Positions 1 through 9,133 are shown, counted from the stretch's first letter. The stretch is DNA of 64,000 nt from Candidatus Woesearchaeota archaeon (GCA_046543095.1 JBKHAC010000002.1:2525-66524); one strand, 5' to 3'. Program-made: numbers and translations. Notes: generated from the sequence alone by a model not told the origin.

Positions 1-1
1 T

Positions 2-364
2 ACAGACTACTTGACAATAACAGAATTAGAAAATTCCTTCGATATACCAACAGATGCAGCAGACAGCATACAAAACACATTCAACCAATTCACACATCCA
101 ACAATTTATCCCGCATCATCAACAATACCTGAGAACACTTGTCACTCAACACAACTATACCAAAACGAAATACCTGGAACTGATTTTCCTGAATTGTTAC
201 TTTATGCAGATGATTCCAATTCAGTAATATTCACATCAATAATTCCCGGAAGTACAACAGGTTTCGACGGATCACTTATGGACTTCCAATTACTAGTCCC
301 TGCAAACGGAAGATTAGGACAAACAACACCAACAACATATTATTTATATGTTGAATTAGAATAA
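2..364 (+). CDS. C-terminal part of a secreted paralog-family protein. The reading frame is open to the window start, so the gene is truncated at the 5' edge.
   Basis: Ends TTYYLYVELE. Shares the FTSIIPGSTTGFDGSLMDFQLL motif with the CDS at 4523, 5377 and 8037. Confidence 0.5.
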   Translation, partial: TDYLTITELENSFDIPTDAADSIQNTFNQFTHPTIYPASSTIPENTCHSTQLYQNEIPGTDFPELLLYADDSNSVIFTSIIPGSTTGFDGSLMDFQLLVPANGRLGQTTPTTYYLYVELE

Positions 365-393
365 CTGACGAATTAGAAATGAATACTTTCTTC

Positions 394-538
394 GGCTCTG
401 TCCCAAATAACAATGAAGTGTATACTGCGCAAACCGAACAATGTTCACTAGATTTTAAATCCGAGTCCATAAAAACCAATGTTTATTTTGAGTGGTTTGC
501 TCGGCAGTATACAAAAAACAACTATTTTGGACAAAGCC
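394..538 (+). repeat. Family-1 hairpin repeat (MITE-like)
   Basis: Near-identical to 31529..31673. Terminal inverted arms GGCTCTGTCCCAAATA / TATTTTGGACAAAGCC plus TGTATACTGCGCAAACC / GGTTTGCTCGGCAGTATACA. Confidence 0.85.
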
Positions 539-593
539 CTTTCTTCAAAAACTTTAAAAACATACAAGATATTATTTTTTTAAAGGAGAGGGT

Positions 594-2399
594 TTGATGA
601 ATTTAAAAAACCAAATAATTATGCTAATTTTATTTGTAATAATAATTACAACAATAGCTATAGCCCTGAACATAAATTTAACAAATCCTACAAATCTATC
701 AACAATTAATGAAACACAAATAATATTTACATATTCAATAGATACAATAGCAGATAATTGCACATTATATACAAATGAGACAACATGGAGTGCCAAAGAT
801 ACCAAAACAAATACGCAAATAGGCGAGAACAATTTCACACAAACAATTAATACAGAAGGTAAATATTTGTGGAACGTTCAATGCACAAATTCAACAAATA
901 CATTCTGGGCAATAAATAATAATACATTCACATTAGATTTAAATGCCCCCACAATTACACTAATAAATCCCGAAAATAATTTTAAAACAACAGAAAATGA
1001 AATAGAATTTGAATATTACGTATCAGATATAGGAGGCGTAAATTCTTGTGCACTCATCATAGATTCACAAATAAACCAAACATCAAACACCATAACAAAT
1101 AATGCAAATAATTATTTTACAGCAAATCTTAAAACAGGACAATATGCATGGGCAATACGATGCACAGACACATTTTTACAAGAGCAAACAACAAATACAA
1201 GAAATGTAGAAATAGACTCAAAACTCGAATGGAACACAACAAATCTAAATTTAGGAGACGCGCCCTCAAATAATGAGGAGATAACAAAACTTACAGAACT
1301 TCGCGCAATAAATGAAAATAACCAAATAACGCTAACTTGCACAGGCAACTGCGCCGAAATAACACACGGATTTATAACTCAAAGTGCAGAAAATACCGAT
1401 ATATTTATAGAATTTGCCTGCTCATCAAATACCCCAAATAATTATACAGCGACATTTAATGCAACATCAAATGAACATGTTGAAGGAACTTTATTAACTG
1501 TTGAATGTGAAATATTTCAAGCAAGACCTGATTTGATGTTAAATAATAGTCTTATTTATTACGAGGGAGAGTTAGTCGAAGGACAAGAAATAATATTAAA
1601 AGCAGATGTTATGAATACAGGTGACGTCAATGCGAATAATGTCAACACATCATTTTTCTTAAAAAACGAATTAATAGGATATGAAATAAAAAATGTAGAT
1701 GCAGACACAAATATAACATTTCAAACCACATACGAAGTAGGTGTTGGTGATGTGTCAATAGATGTAAAAACTGATAATCAAAATAAAATATCAGAATATT
1801 TAGAAGATAATAATAATGCTACATTAAATATTAGTGTCGGTTCATGGCAAAAACTTACAGGAAACATATCAGGAAGATTTGTATTACAAGACGCGAGCAA
1901 CAACACCGTTTTTTTATGGGAAAAAGAATTACTTGACGAAAGCAATTTATTCGTAGTAGACGCAGACAGCTCAATAAACTGGAATGAATTAATTGCACTC
2001 ACAAAAGACACAAACAATAATACAAGAATGCAAGACCTAGAAATAGCGGATCAACTACTCAACACAACATCAAATTCGGATTCCATGAATAAAACATTCG
2101 CAGAAAATTTCCAAACAACAACATTTAATGTATTCGGACAAGAAATAAACCATGTACCAATATTTTACACAACGCCAGGCGAATTCAAAACAGGAATACT
2201 ATGGGATACAACTAGAGATACCAACGGATATTACGACTCTGCAGATAGAGAAGATTTAGTTTTTATAACACAAATAAAACAAGAAACACTAACGGATATA
2301 GGCATATTCGATTATGAAATAGAATTCGTCGCATCACTTAGAGAATATGCACAAGAACAAACACAAAACAGAGTATCAATATATGTAGAATTAAAATAA
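594..2399 (+). CDS. Asn/Thr-rich cell-surface protein with an N-terminal TM/signal, two ~100-aa Cys-containing repeats and a CARDB-like domain
   Basis: N-terminal hydrophobic segment. The GKYLWNVQCTNSTNTF and GQYAWAIRCTDTF motifs recur about 100 aa apart. A CARDB-like segment (PDLMLNNSLIYYEGELVEGQEIILKADVMNTGDVNANNV) follows. SD AAAGGAGAGGG lies upstream. Confidence 0.6.
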   Translation: MMNLKNQIIMLILFVIIITTIAIALNINLTNPTNLSTINETQIIFTYSIDTIADNCTLYTNETTWSAKDTKTNTQIGENNFTQTINTEGKYLWNVQCTNSTNTFWAINNNTFTLDLNAPTITLINPENNFKTTENEIEFEYYVSDIGGVNSCALIIDSQINQTSNTITNNANNYFTANLKTGQYAWAIRCTDTFLQEQTTNTRNVEIDSKLEWNTTNLNLGDAPSNNEEITKLTELRAINENNQITLTCTGNCAEITHGFITQSAENTDIFIEFACSSNTPNNYTATFNATSNEHVEGTLLTVECEIFQARPDLMLNNSLIYYEGELVEGQEIILKADVMNTGDVNANNVNTSFFLKNELIGYEIKNVDADTNITFQTTYEVGVGDVSIDVKTDNQNKISEYLEDNNNATLNISVGSWQKLTGNISGRFVLQDASNNTVFLWEKELLDESNLFVVDADSSINWNELIALTKDTNNNTRMQDLEIADQLLNTTSNSDSMNKTFAENFQTTTFNVFGQEINHVPIFYTTPGEFKTGILWDTTRDTNGYYDSADREDLVFITQIKQETLTDIGIFDYEIEFVASLREYAQEQTQNRVSIYVELK

Positions 2400-2480
2400 A
2401 AATTAAACTAATAAAAAATTTAATTTTAACTATTTATCAGATAATTTTTCTTTATCTTTTTCATCTTTTAATTTACCAGT

Positions 2481-3479
2481 CTAATCGTCTTTATTTTTCT
2501 CATCATCAGCTTTCACTTCACCAGATGAAATTTTAGTATCTTTGTTTGAATTATCAGGTTCATCAGATTTCTTTAAATCACTAAGCTGACCCTCAATTTT
2601 CCTAATCTGATCATTCAAATAACCTTGCATATTCAAACCCTTAGCAAACAAAGGATTATCATCCATCAATTTACGAAACGCCTCAGATAACATTTCAGCC
2701 TTATTTAATTTCAAATCAAATTCAAGCTGCAACTCACGCTTTGCATGCTTCAAATTAACATCTAATTTGGAATAACTATCAGATGCCAATTTAATAACTC
2801 TTTTAGCTTTCTCAATATCTTTAGAAAACCCAGTTATACTATCAGATAACTCTTTTTTAGTTACAAGAGCAGGATTTCTCGCTTCAAGCTTAGATAATTT
2901 ACTATTAATTTCTTTAATTTCTAAACCAAAATCATCAAGCTTAATCTCAAACTCATTAAACTCCTTAAACGTTTTCTGCACCTCAATAAACATAGTCTCA
3001 ATTTTATCAGCATGCTGCTCACATACAGCCTCAATTTTCTTCACAGTCATAATTTCGCGCTTTACTTCCTCATTTAATTTAAGAATCTGCTCAGCCCCAC
3101 GAAAAACCTCAATTTGAGCACGGACCTGCTTCAATTGCTCAAATAAAGCCTTCATCATCTCCTCATTACTCTCAATATTCGACCTTAACGCCTCAATTTT
3201 ACCATCAGACTTTTGCAAATCAATAGTTATCTTATCAGGCTTCACACTCTCAACAATATCAACAGCCTTAATAGCTTTAACTTCAATCCCAGAAACATTA
3301 CGATTCATATCATTTAACATACCACGAAGCTCACCTAATTGCTCAGTTAAATTACTGGAACGCTCACTTTCAGCCTTATTCATCTCAGTTAAAGACTCAA
3401 TTTTAGATTTTAAAATAGCAATATCCGCAGTTAACGCAGCATACTCTTTAGTCTCATTTACCTTAGGCTCTTCTTTCAC
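2481..3479 (-). CDS. Coiled-coil (E/K/L-rich) protein with an acidic C-terminal tail; function unknown
   Basis: Long ORF with heptad-like E/K/L periodicity throughout. Confidence 0.5.
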   Translation of the reverse strand: MKEEPKVNETKEYAALTADIAILKSKIESLTEMNKAESERSSNLTEQLGELRGMLNDMNRNVSGIEVKAIKAVDIVESVKPDKITIDLQKSDGKIEALRSNIESNEEMMKALFEQLKQVRAQIEVFRGAEQILKLNEEVKREIMTVKKIEAVCEQHADKIETMFIEVQKTFKEFNEFEIKLDDFGLEIKEINSKLSKLEARNPALVTKKELSDSITGFSKDIEKAKRVIKLASDSYSKLDVNLKHAKRELQLEFDLKLNKAEMLSEAFRKLMDDNPLFAKGLNMQGYLNDQIRKIEGQLSDLKKSDEPDNSNKDTKISSGEVKADDEKNKDD

Positions 3480-3595
3480 ATCAGCCTCATTCTCTTTCTT
3501 TTTCTTCGAAGAACTAAATAAACCTATACTAACTCACCTTCTTTTTTAATAAGTCTTATCATATTCTTTATATAAAGCTTTTGTTATTTATTTTA

Positions 3596-3738
3596 GGTTT
3601 TGTCCAGAATAATACAAATAGGTGTACTGCGCAAACCAATCGAAACTGACTTGTATGTTGAACTGAGTCTATCAAATCCCTTGTTTAATTTGAGTACTTT
3701 GCTAGGCAGTATACAAAATATAGATTCTGGACAAGACC
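3596..3738 (+). repeat. Family-1 hairpin repeat (MITE-like), divergent copy
   Basis: Shares GTGTACTGCGCAAACC ... TTTGCTAGGCAGTATACAAAA with copies at 394, 21802, 31529 and 63459. Terminal arms GTCCAGAATA/TATTCTGGAC are complementary. Confidence 0.75.
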
Positions 3739-3900
3739 TTATTTTATTAATATTAGAGCCTGAGTAAGTCCTTACGCTTACCTGAGCAAGTTTTACTCTT
3801 ATAACCATAAACAAATATATTTAAGAATTTAAATTTAGTTAGGCACTCAGAATTTATTTATTGAACATTAATATGCACATATTAAAAACTAATGTGTTTA

Positions 3901-4044
3901 TTACAAATCGGGTTTAATACCTCGCTGCTTCGCAGTGACTTCAGACTCGATTTGTAATGACAGAAAATCCGCCAGCGAAAATTCGCGTAATACTTCGCAG
4001 CTCTGCTGCGCGAGATAGCGAATTTTAGGATTTTCGTTTTATTT
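3901..4044 (+). ncRNA. Family-2 structured repeat; candidate small structured RNA gene (3 copies, all on the + strand)
   Basis: Nested stems TTACAAATCGGGT/ACTCGATTTGTAA, CTGCttcGCAG, GAAAATTCGC...GCGAATTTTC and CGCAGCtctGCTGCG. Ends in a T-rich tract. Copy-to-copy differences are tolerated only as G-T(U) pairs on the + strand. Confidence 0.45.
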
Positions 4045-4522
4045 GATATTTCGCATAAGCTCTATGTTATTTTATTAAGGGGTTTATAATTAAGGGCATA
4101 TAATTTTTATTAGGGGATTTTATAGAATACTTTAGGTTTCTGATTAGTTTTTGATAGGCAAGTTTTGTTTGATTTATGTTTATCAAAGTTTGTGAGGCTT
4201 TTACTATATTGTTATACAACTAAATTTTAATTGTTAAATATAAATTAATTTAGCTTATTGACTTTTTTTGAGTTTTAACCACGACTAAAAAAATAGAAAC
4301 TTTTATAAAGAAAAAGGTCTGGAACATATTGTTGTTTTTTATTAGAGGGTGTATCGACTAATGCTCGAAAACGAAACATTTATATATTATAGGATTTAAA
4401 TATATGAAAAGGTATATTGAAATACAATAACTTACATTAGTTTTGTTTGTTGGTGCATTACAAAAATACCGACGACAAATATAAAAATAATAAAAAAATA
4501 AAATCAAAAACCACTACGCGAG

Positions 4523-5359
4523 GTGAATCATTTGAAGAAAAAAATAACAATGCTTTTGATGACATTCATATTATTGTTTGGAGCATATTCAGTACTAGCA
4601 CAAACAACAGTTCCAGAAGCACCATCAACATTTACTGAGGAAGGCTCATCAAGACGAGACTCTGGTTTGTTGCCTGACCGCTCAATAGAAGCTATAGCAG
4701 GAAATATAACCGCACTAAATATGCACGGTAACACAGTTACAAGAACCTGGTTCGGTGTATATGGTAACGTAACAGGAACACTCGTTTTGAGCAATGGAGA
4801 AAACGATGTGATGTATGATTGGTCAGTTGCAAATCCTCGCGGACAAGTATATGCTACAAGAGCGCCTGAATTATCAGAAACAATTCTATGGAATCAAGTT
4901 GATTGCTATAACTACACAATAACTGACTTGGCAAATTATTATACAATCTCAGAATTAAACGCTGATCTTGGAATTAACCCAACACTAGATCAAGATGCAG
5001 TAAACAGAACATTTAGATACGCGGTTCCAGATCCCGTGGAACCATTGATACAACCGCCTGTGGCTCATTACCATAATGGCTTTTTTGTTGGAACAAAGGA
5101 AATTTTAGAAAATACTTGTCCTGCAACATCACTTTATAGCTCAGGTGCAAATCAAAATTGGGATAGATATCAGCAAGTATTATTATATAATGCAGGAGTT
5201 ACAGGAAATTCTAGCCTAATATATACATCAATAATTGAAGATGGTGAAGTCACAGGCTTTGATGGAACAGATATGGACTTTCAAATGTTACTCGGAGAAA
5301 ATGGTCATGATGGTGACACAGATACAACAACATATTATTTTTATGTAGAACTTGAATAG
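4523..5359 (+). CDS. Secreted paralog-family protein (Sec signal peptide, C-terminal TTYYFYVELE). The more likely start is the TTG at 4532 (MKKKITMLLM...).
   Basis: Signal peptide ...FGAYSVLA/QTT. SD CGAGGTG upstream. Conserved blocks shared with 5377, 8037 and 2..364. Confidence 0.6.
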   Translation: MNHLKKKITMLLMTFILLFGAYSVLAQTTVPEAPSTFTEEGSSRRDSGLLPDRSIEAIAGNITALNMHGNTVTRTWFGVYGNVTGTLVLSNGENDVMYDWSVANPRGQVYATRAPELSETILWNQVDCYNYTITDLANYYTISELNADLGINPTLDQDAVNRTFRYAVPDPVEPLIQPPVAHYHNGFFVGTKEILENTCPATSLYSSGANQNWDRYQQVLLYNAGVTGNSSLIYTSIIEDGEVTGFDGTDMDFQMLLGENGHDGDTDTTTYYFYVELE

Positions 5360-5376
5360 ACGAGGTGTTAAGAAAA

Positions 5377-6219
5377 ATGAAATCATTAAAATTAAGCTTA
5401 TTTTTAATAAGTATGCTATTTTTAGCAACAGCTACAAGCGCGTTTGTGGCAGTATCCGGATTTGACCCAACATACGAGGGTAATTTCTCAGATAGTGCTA
5501 ACCAACCAACAGTTATGACGCACGAGAGAGGATTTATACATGTAGTAAACATAGATAAATCACAACAAACTCCAAGATGGAAAGCATATGTCGGAAACAT
5601 CACAGGCGAACTAGCGCTAGGAGATGGAACATACTCTATTTTCAATTGGAATTTAACTACAATAACAGGTGAAATATACGCAACAAGATATAACGGAACA
5701 TTCGCATCATCCCCTCCAAATTTATCCGAGGAGTGGCCACAAGGTGATTCTAGTAACACATTACCAATATGGTCAACGATGGAATGCGCAACACAAGACG
5801 AAATAAATAATGAAACAACATTATTAAATCATAATTATGATTTAGATGTAGATGCACTTAACAGAACCTTCACAACAGGATTTACATTTCAAAACTTCGC
5901 AGTCGCAAGTAGAACTATAGATACATCAACTTGCAGAGGCACTTTTTTAAATTACAACGCAACAAATGATAACTCCGAGCAAGGCGTAGCAGGCTGGCAA
6001 CAAGTAGTACTAACAGATAGAGGAGATGGAATATCATCAGGAGCTGATTATGCACCTGACCTTATGTATGCAGCATTACTAAAAGACAGCGGACTAGGAT
6101 TTAACGGTGAAGTGTATGATTATCAAATCCTTTTACCAGAAAACGGGGATTTATCTGAGCAAAACCCTGACCCAATTCCCTACTACTTTTACATGGAATT
6201 ACTAGGTAGCGTGAACTGA
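5377..6219 (+). CDS. Secreted paralog-family protein, tandem to the CDS at 4523. The ORF track begins at the GTG at 5365; the ATG at 5377 has better SD spacing.
   Basis: Signal peptide MKSLKLSLFLISMLFLATATSA. Motifs HVVNIDKSQ, W.AYVGNITGEL.LGDG, IYATRYNG and C-terminal PYYFYMEL. Confidence 0.6.
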   Translation: MKSLKLSLFLISMLFLATATSAFVAVSGFDPTYEGNFSDSANQPTVMTHERGFIHVVNIDKSQQTPRWKAYVGNITGELALGDGTYSIFNWNLTTITGEIYATRYNGTFASSPPNLSEEWPQGDSSNTLPIWSTMECATQDEINNETTLLNHNYDLDVDALNRTFTTGFTFQNFAVASRTIDTSTCRGTFLNYNATNDNSEQGVAGWQQVVLTDRGDGISSGADYAPDLMYAALLKDSGLGFNGEVYDYQILLPENGDLSEQNPDPIPYYFYMELLGSVN

Positions 6220-6297
6220 AAACTTTTTTTCTTTTATTTTTTCTTTTATTTTTATCAATAAAGATTTTCTATAAGTATAAATGACTTAATTAGTTTA

Positions 6298-6396
6298 AAT
6301 TACGAGCGGAAGAATCCTCGCTTTTTAGCGTTAGCTAAAAAGTTAACTGAAGGTTAACCCTTTAGGGAGGGGAAGCGCCCTCTAACTTTTTCAATT
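6298..6396 (+). repeat. Family-3 hairpin-rich repeat (short form)
   Basis: GAGCGGAAGAATCCTCGC, TTTTTAGCgttaGCTAAAAA, GTTAACCgaagGTTAACC and AGGGagggGAAGCGCCCT stems. Longer copies at 39181 and 42906. Confidence 0.8.
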
Positions 6397-6722
6397 TAAA
6401 TTTATAATAAAATAATAAATCACACTATTAAACTAAACATGAATTAAGATAATAACTTAATTTATCTATATTATTTCTTAATGCTTTCAATTAATCAACT
6501 AATACTTTAAAATAACGACTTTTTCAAATTAAACACACCTTGAAAAAATTCAATAAAAACTAATGCACATATAAAAAATTTTAAAATAACAAATGCAATC
6601 AAATTTAAACATACTAAAAAAGTTCAGAAAAAGCATTAATTTAATTAATCTAATTTTGAATCTGAAATTAAACATCTCCAACAAAGGTTTATAATTTGAA
6701 ATATAAGATAAAAAAAACTAAT

Positions 6723-7718
6723 TTAAGAATTTAAAATTCTAAGCAAATCATCTTTAGATCTAGCTTCTCTGAGCTTATTTGCTAACTCATTATTGTGAAA
6801 AACATGATCAACCCAATTCGCAAAATCATTACGATGATCATTTACATGATGATAAAAAACCGCATCACTCATACTCTTAAGCTTTTCTTTAAGTTCACGA
6901 ATACTTGAAATAGTTTCACCATTTGATAGATTAAAATGCTTATTTTCATCAAGTTTATCTTCAACAAAATCAGACATCAATTTTTTTAATTCAGAAAGCT
7001 CACTTTTCAATTTACTCTCGCTTGTATCAACTTCTTTTTGAAGCAATTTAAGCTCACTTTTTTTAGTATGCCACATGTTTTCAAGAACTTTTAAAGATTC
7101 AATTTTACTATGTATTATTTGATTTAATTCATCATGATGAATGATGAAAGGGGTGCCACTATCTTCATTATCGTGAAAATCATTCAATGTATCGAATAAA
7201 TCTTTCTCAATTAAAGATTTCAATTTATTCTTTTTCTTTAAATCATCATCATTATCTTTATCAAGCAAAACTTGAAGTCTGGAGAAAAAACTATGATTAT
7301 CAACAGAGGGGGTGCTAGGTGTTAGACTTGGCTTATCATGAGTTGTTACTGCACTTGATTGAGATTGAGGTGTTTGCGCTGGCACGTTAGTTTGTTGACT
7401 TGCGGGTTCTGTTTTAGGCGCTTGCTGCAAGGGTTGTTTTACTGCTTCTTGTTCTTGCGGTTTTTGAACCGGTTCTTGAGCTTGAGGCGTTTGAGTAGAT
7501 ACATTGGTTTGTTGGCTTGCAGGCTCTGGATTAGGTGCTTGCTGCACTGGTTGCTCTACAGGTGATTCTTTTGCAGATTCAGGCTTGTTTAAACTAGGCA
7601 GACTATCAGGCACAGCAGTGACGCTAGGTGCGGGCTCTTCTTGATGTGGAAGTGCAGGTAAATGCTCGGGCACAGATTTACTTTCTGATTTTTTAGAACC
7701 TAATTTAAGTAATACCAA
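6723..7718 (-). CDS. Pro/Gln-rich low-complexity protein with a conserved C-terminal DFANWVDHV domain, paralogous to the C-terminus of the CDS at 10551
   Basis: C-terminal VFYHHVNDHRNDFANWVDHVFHNNELANKLR parallels FTKHVTEEKDDFANWIDHVLGLADIAQKLR in the 10551 protein. Contains an internal ~126-bp tandem DNA repeat encoding QQAP..EPASQQTNV.(T/A)QTPQ.Q. Confidence 0.55.
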   Translation of the reverse strand: MVLLKLGSKKSESKSVPEHLPALPHQEEPAPSVTAVPDSLPSLNKPESAKESPVEQPVQQAPNPEPASQQTNVSTQTPQAQEPVQKPQEQEAVKQPLQQAPKTEPASQQTNVPAQTPQSQSSAVTTHDKPSLTPSTPSVDNHSFFSRLQVLLDKDNDDDLKKKNKLKSLIEKDLFDTLNDFHDNEDSGTPFIIHHDELNQIIHSKIESLKVLENMWHTKKSELKLLQKEVDTSESKLKSELSELKKLMSDFVEDKLDENKHFNLSNGETISSIRELKEKLKSMSDAVFYHHVNDHRNDFANWVDHVFHNNELANKLREARSKDDLLRILNS

Positions 7719-7894
7719 TTAACAACCCACCTCTAAATATTTTTGGTCACTATTTATTTATAAATATGTCGATTTTTTCAACTTTATTTTCATTTTTTTT
7801 TCAAACTATTTAAACTATTTATTAAATTATTTTTACTTTCATGATTTATTTTCTGAATTTTATTTATTTCTTTGAATTGTTTATGTTATATGAA

Positions 7895-8028
7895 GTATAT
7901 TCGCAGTAGCGCTTTATATGACGCATAAAGATTAAAAAACTATTTGAAAATTATTTGAAATTTACTTTTAAAGCTCGAAAATTTATAATTCTCACATGTA
8001 ATTAAACTTGTTTGATTTTTCTCGTTTA
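7895..8028. repeat. Family-7 element ending in the palindrome AATTAAACTTGTTTGATT plus a T-run, located 3' of the gene at 8037
   Basis: Shares TATATTCGC(A/G)GTAGCGCTTTATATG ... CTATTTGAAAAT ... AATCAAACTTGTTTGATTTTTCTCGTTTA with 62052, 41393 and 53234. Confidence 0.7.
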
Positions 8029-8036
8029 TTTCAAAT

Positions 8037-8762
8037 TTAAATTAATTCAATATAAAAATAATATTCTTCACTCACACTCAAATTCTGATTTTCAGGCAAT
8101 ATTAACTGAAAATCATAAGTGTTATTATTAAAACCAATAGCACCATTTTGCAAGACACTCGAAAAAATTAAATTTGAATTATTATCTGATAAAATAACTT
8201 CTTCAAAATCCCTTGATGATGTGTTGTTATAAACATTTAACGCCGCAGATTTGCAAGAATCGGTTTCAATATAATTAAAAAAAGTGTAAAATGATTCGTG
8301 TTCGCTATCGCTAAATGTTCTATTAACTGAGTACTCAATTGAGGGCTCAAAACCAAGATAACTATCTTCTAAAATAATTTCAGAATTATTCGCGCATCTA
8401 ATATTATTCCAATCTAATGTGTTGCTTCGAGACGCATAAATTTTACCGCGTGTATTGTCCATTATCCAATCAAATAAACTAGTAGAACCATCTCCTAATT
8501 TAAGCCTGCCCGAAATATTACCAACATAACCTCTCCAAAACGGATTAGGCTGAGATGCCTCAATGTTTACTACATGAATATGTCCTCCGCTACTAATAAG
8601 CTCAACTCCCGGCTCGAGAGGAATAGAATAATTATCAACATACGTTATGTTTCCACCAGATGGATAAAAAGGAGAAGAGAACACATTATTAGATAAAACT
8701 AATATTGATGAAAAAAATAAAAGTGCAAAAATTAATTTCACTAAACTATTTGATTTTATCAT
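8037..8762 (-). CDS. Secreted paralog-family protein (fourth member)
   Basis: Signal peptide. Motifs HIHVVNIEASQ, W.GYVGNISGRL.LGDG, IYASRSN and C-terminal EYYFYIELI. Confidence 0.6.
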   Translation of the reverse strand: MIKSNSLVKLIFALLFFSSILVLSNNVFSSPFYPSGGNITYVDNYSIPLEPGVELISSGGHIHVVNIEASQPNPFWRGYVGNISGRLKLGDGSTSLFDWIMDNTRGKIYASRSNTLDWNNIRCANNSEIILEDSYLGFEPSIEYSVNRTFSDSEHESFYTFFNYIETDSCKSAALNVYNNTSSRDFEEVILSDNNSNLIFSSVLQNGAIGFNNNTYDFQLILPENQNLSVSEEYYFYIELI

Positions 8763-9133
8763 TTAAAATCCCTCCGCTTAGTAAAAGTAATCCAAATCGT
8801 CTGATAAGACCTTGAGAGAATCTTAGAAATATCATTAATGCTTAGAAGTTTATCTTGATATAAGTACAAAATAATATTTCCAAGAATATTGCCTTCTTTG
8901 TGTATTGCACTTAAAGGAATTTTAATTTTATGATTTTTTTTAAACTGCTTAGGATGCTTTTTTTTCGCTTTACTATACGTAATAGAGATAGTAGATTTAT
9001 CCCTTCTTGTTAAGGACGCAATTTTAGTTATGGTAAAAGACTTATTTTCTTTTAAATATTTAACCACGCTCTCAAAACAACCAAGCTCTTTTTTAAAAAT
9101 AGATACAGGGATTAAAGTTTCTTGTTCGAGCAT
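8759..9133 (-). CDS. Small HTH DNA-binding protein, translationally coupled (4-nt overlap) to the secreted-family gene at 8037
   Basis: Predicted HTH segments FTITKIASLTRRDKSTISI and LSINDISKILSRSYQTIWI. Its stop overlaps the 8762 start (ATGA). Confidence 0.45.
   Translation of the reverse strand: MLEQETLIPVSIFKKELGCFESVVKYLKENKSFTITKIASLTRRDKSTISITYSKAKKKHPKQFKKNHKIKIPLSAIHKEGNILGNIILYLYQDKLLSINDISKILSRSYQTIWITFTKRRDFK

Noticed and set aside
379-597. 72-aa ORF (and similarly 3593..3814, 21899..22117, 50137..50331, 29974..30309) lying over repeat elements
   Set aside because: Each of these ORFs is a read-through of a family-1 or family-4 repeat copy. The same ORF recurs only because the repeat recurs. 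They have no SD and have repeat-driven composition.
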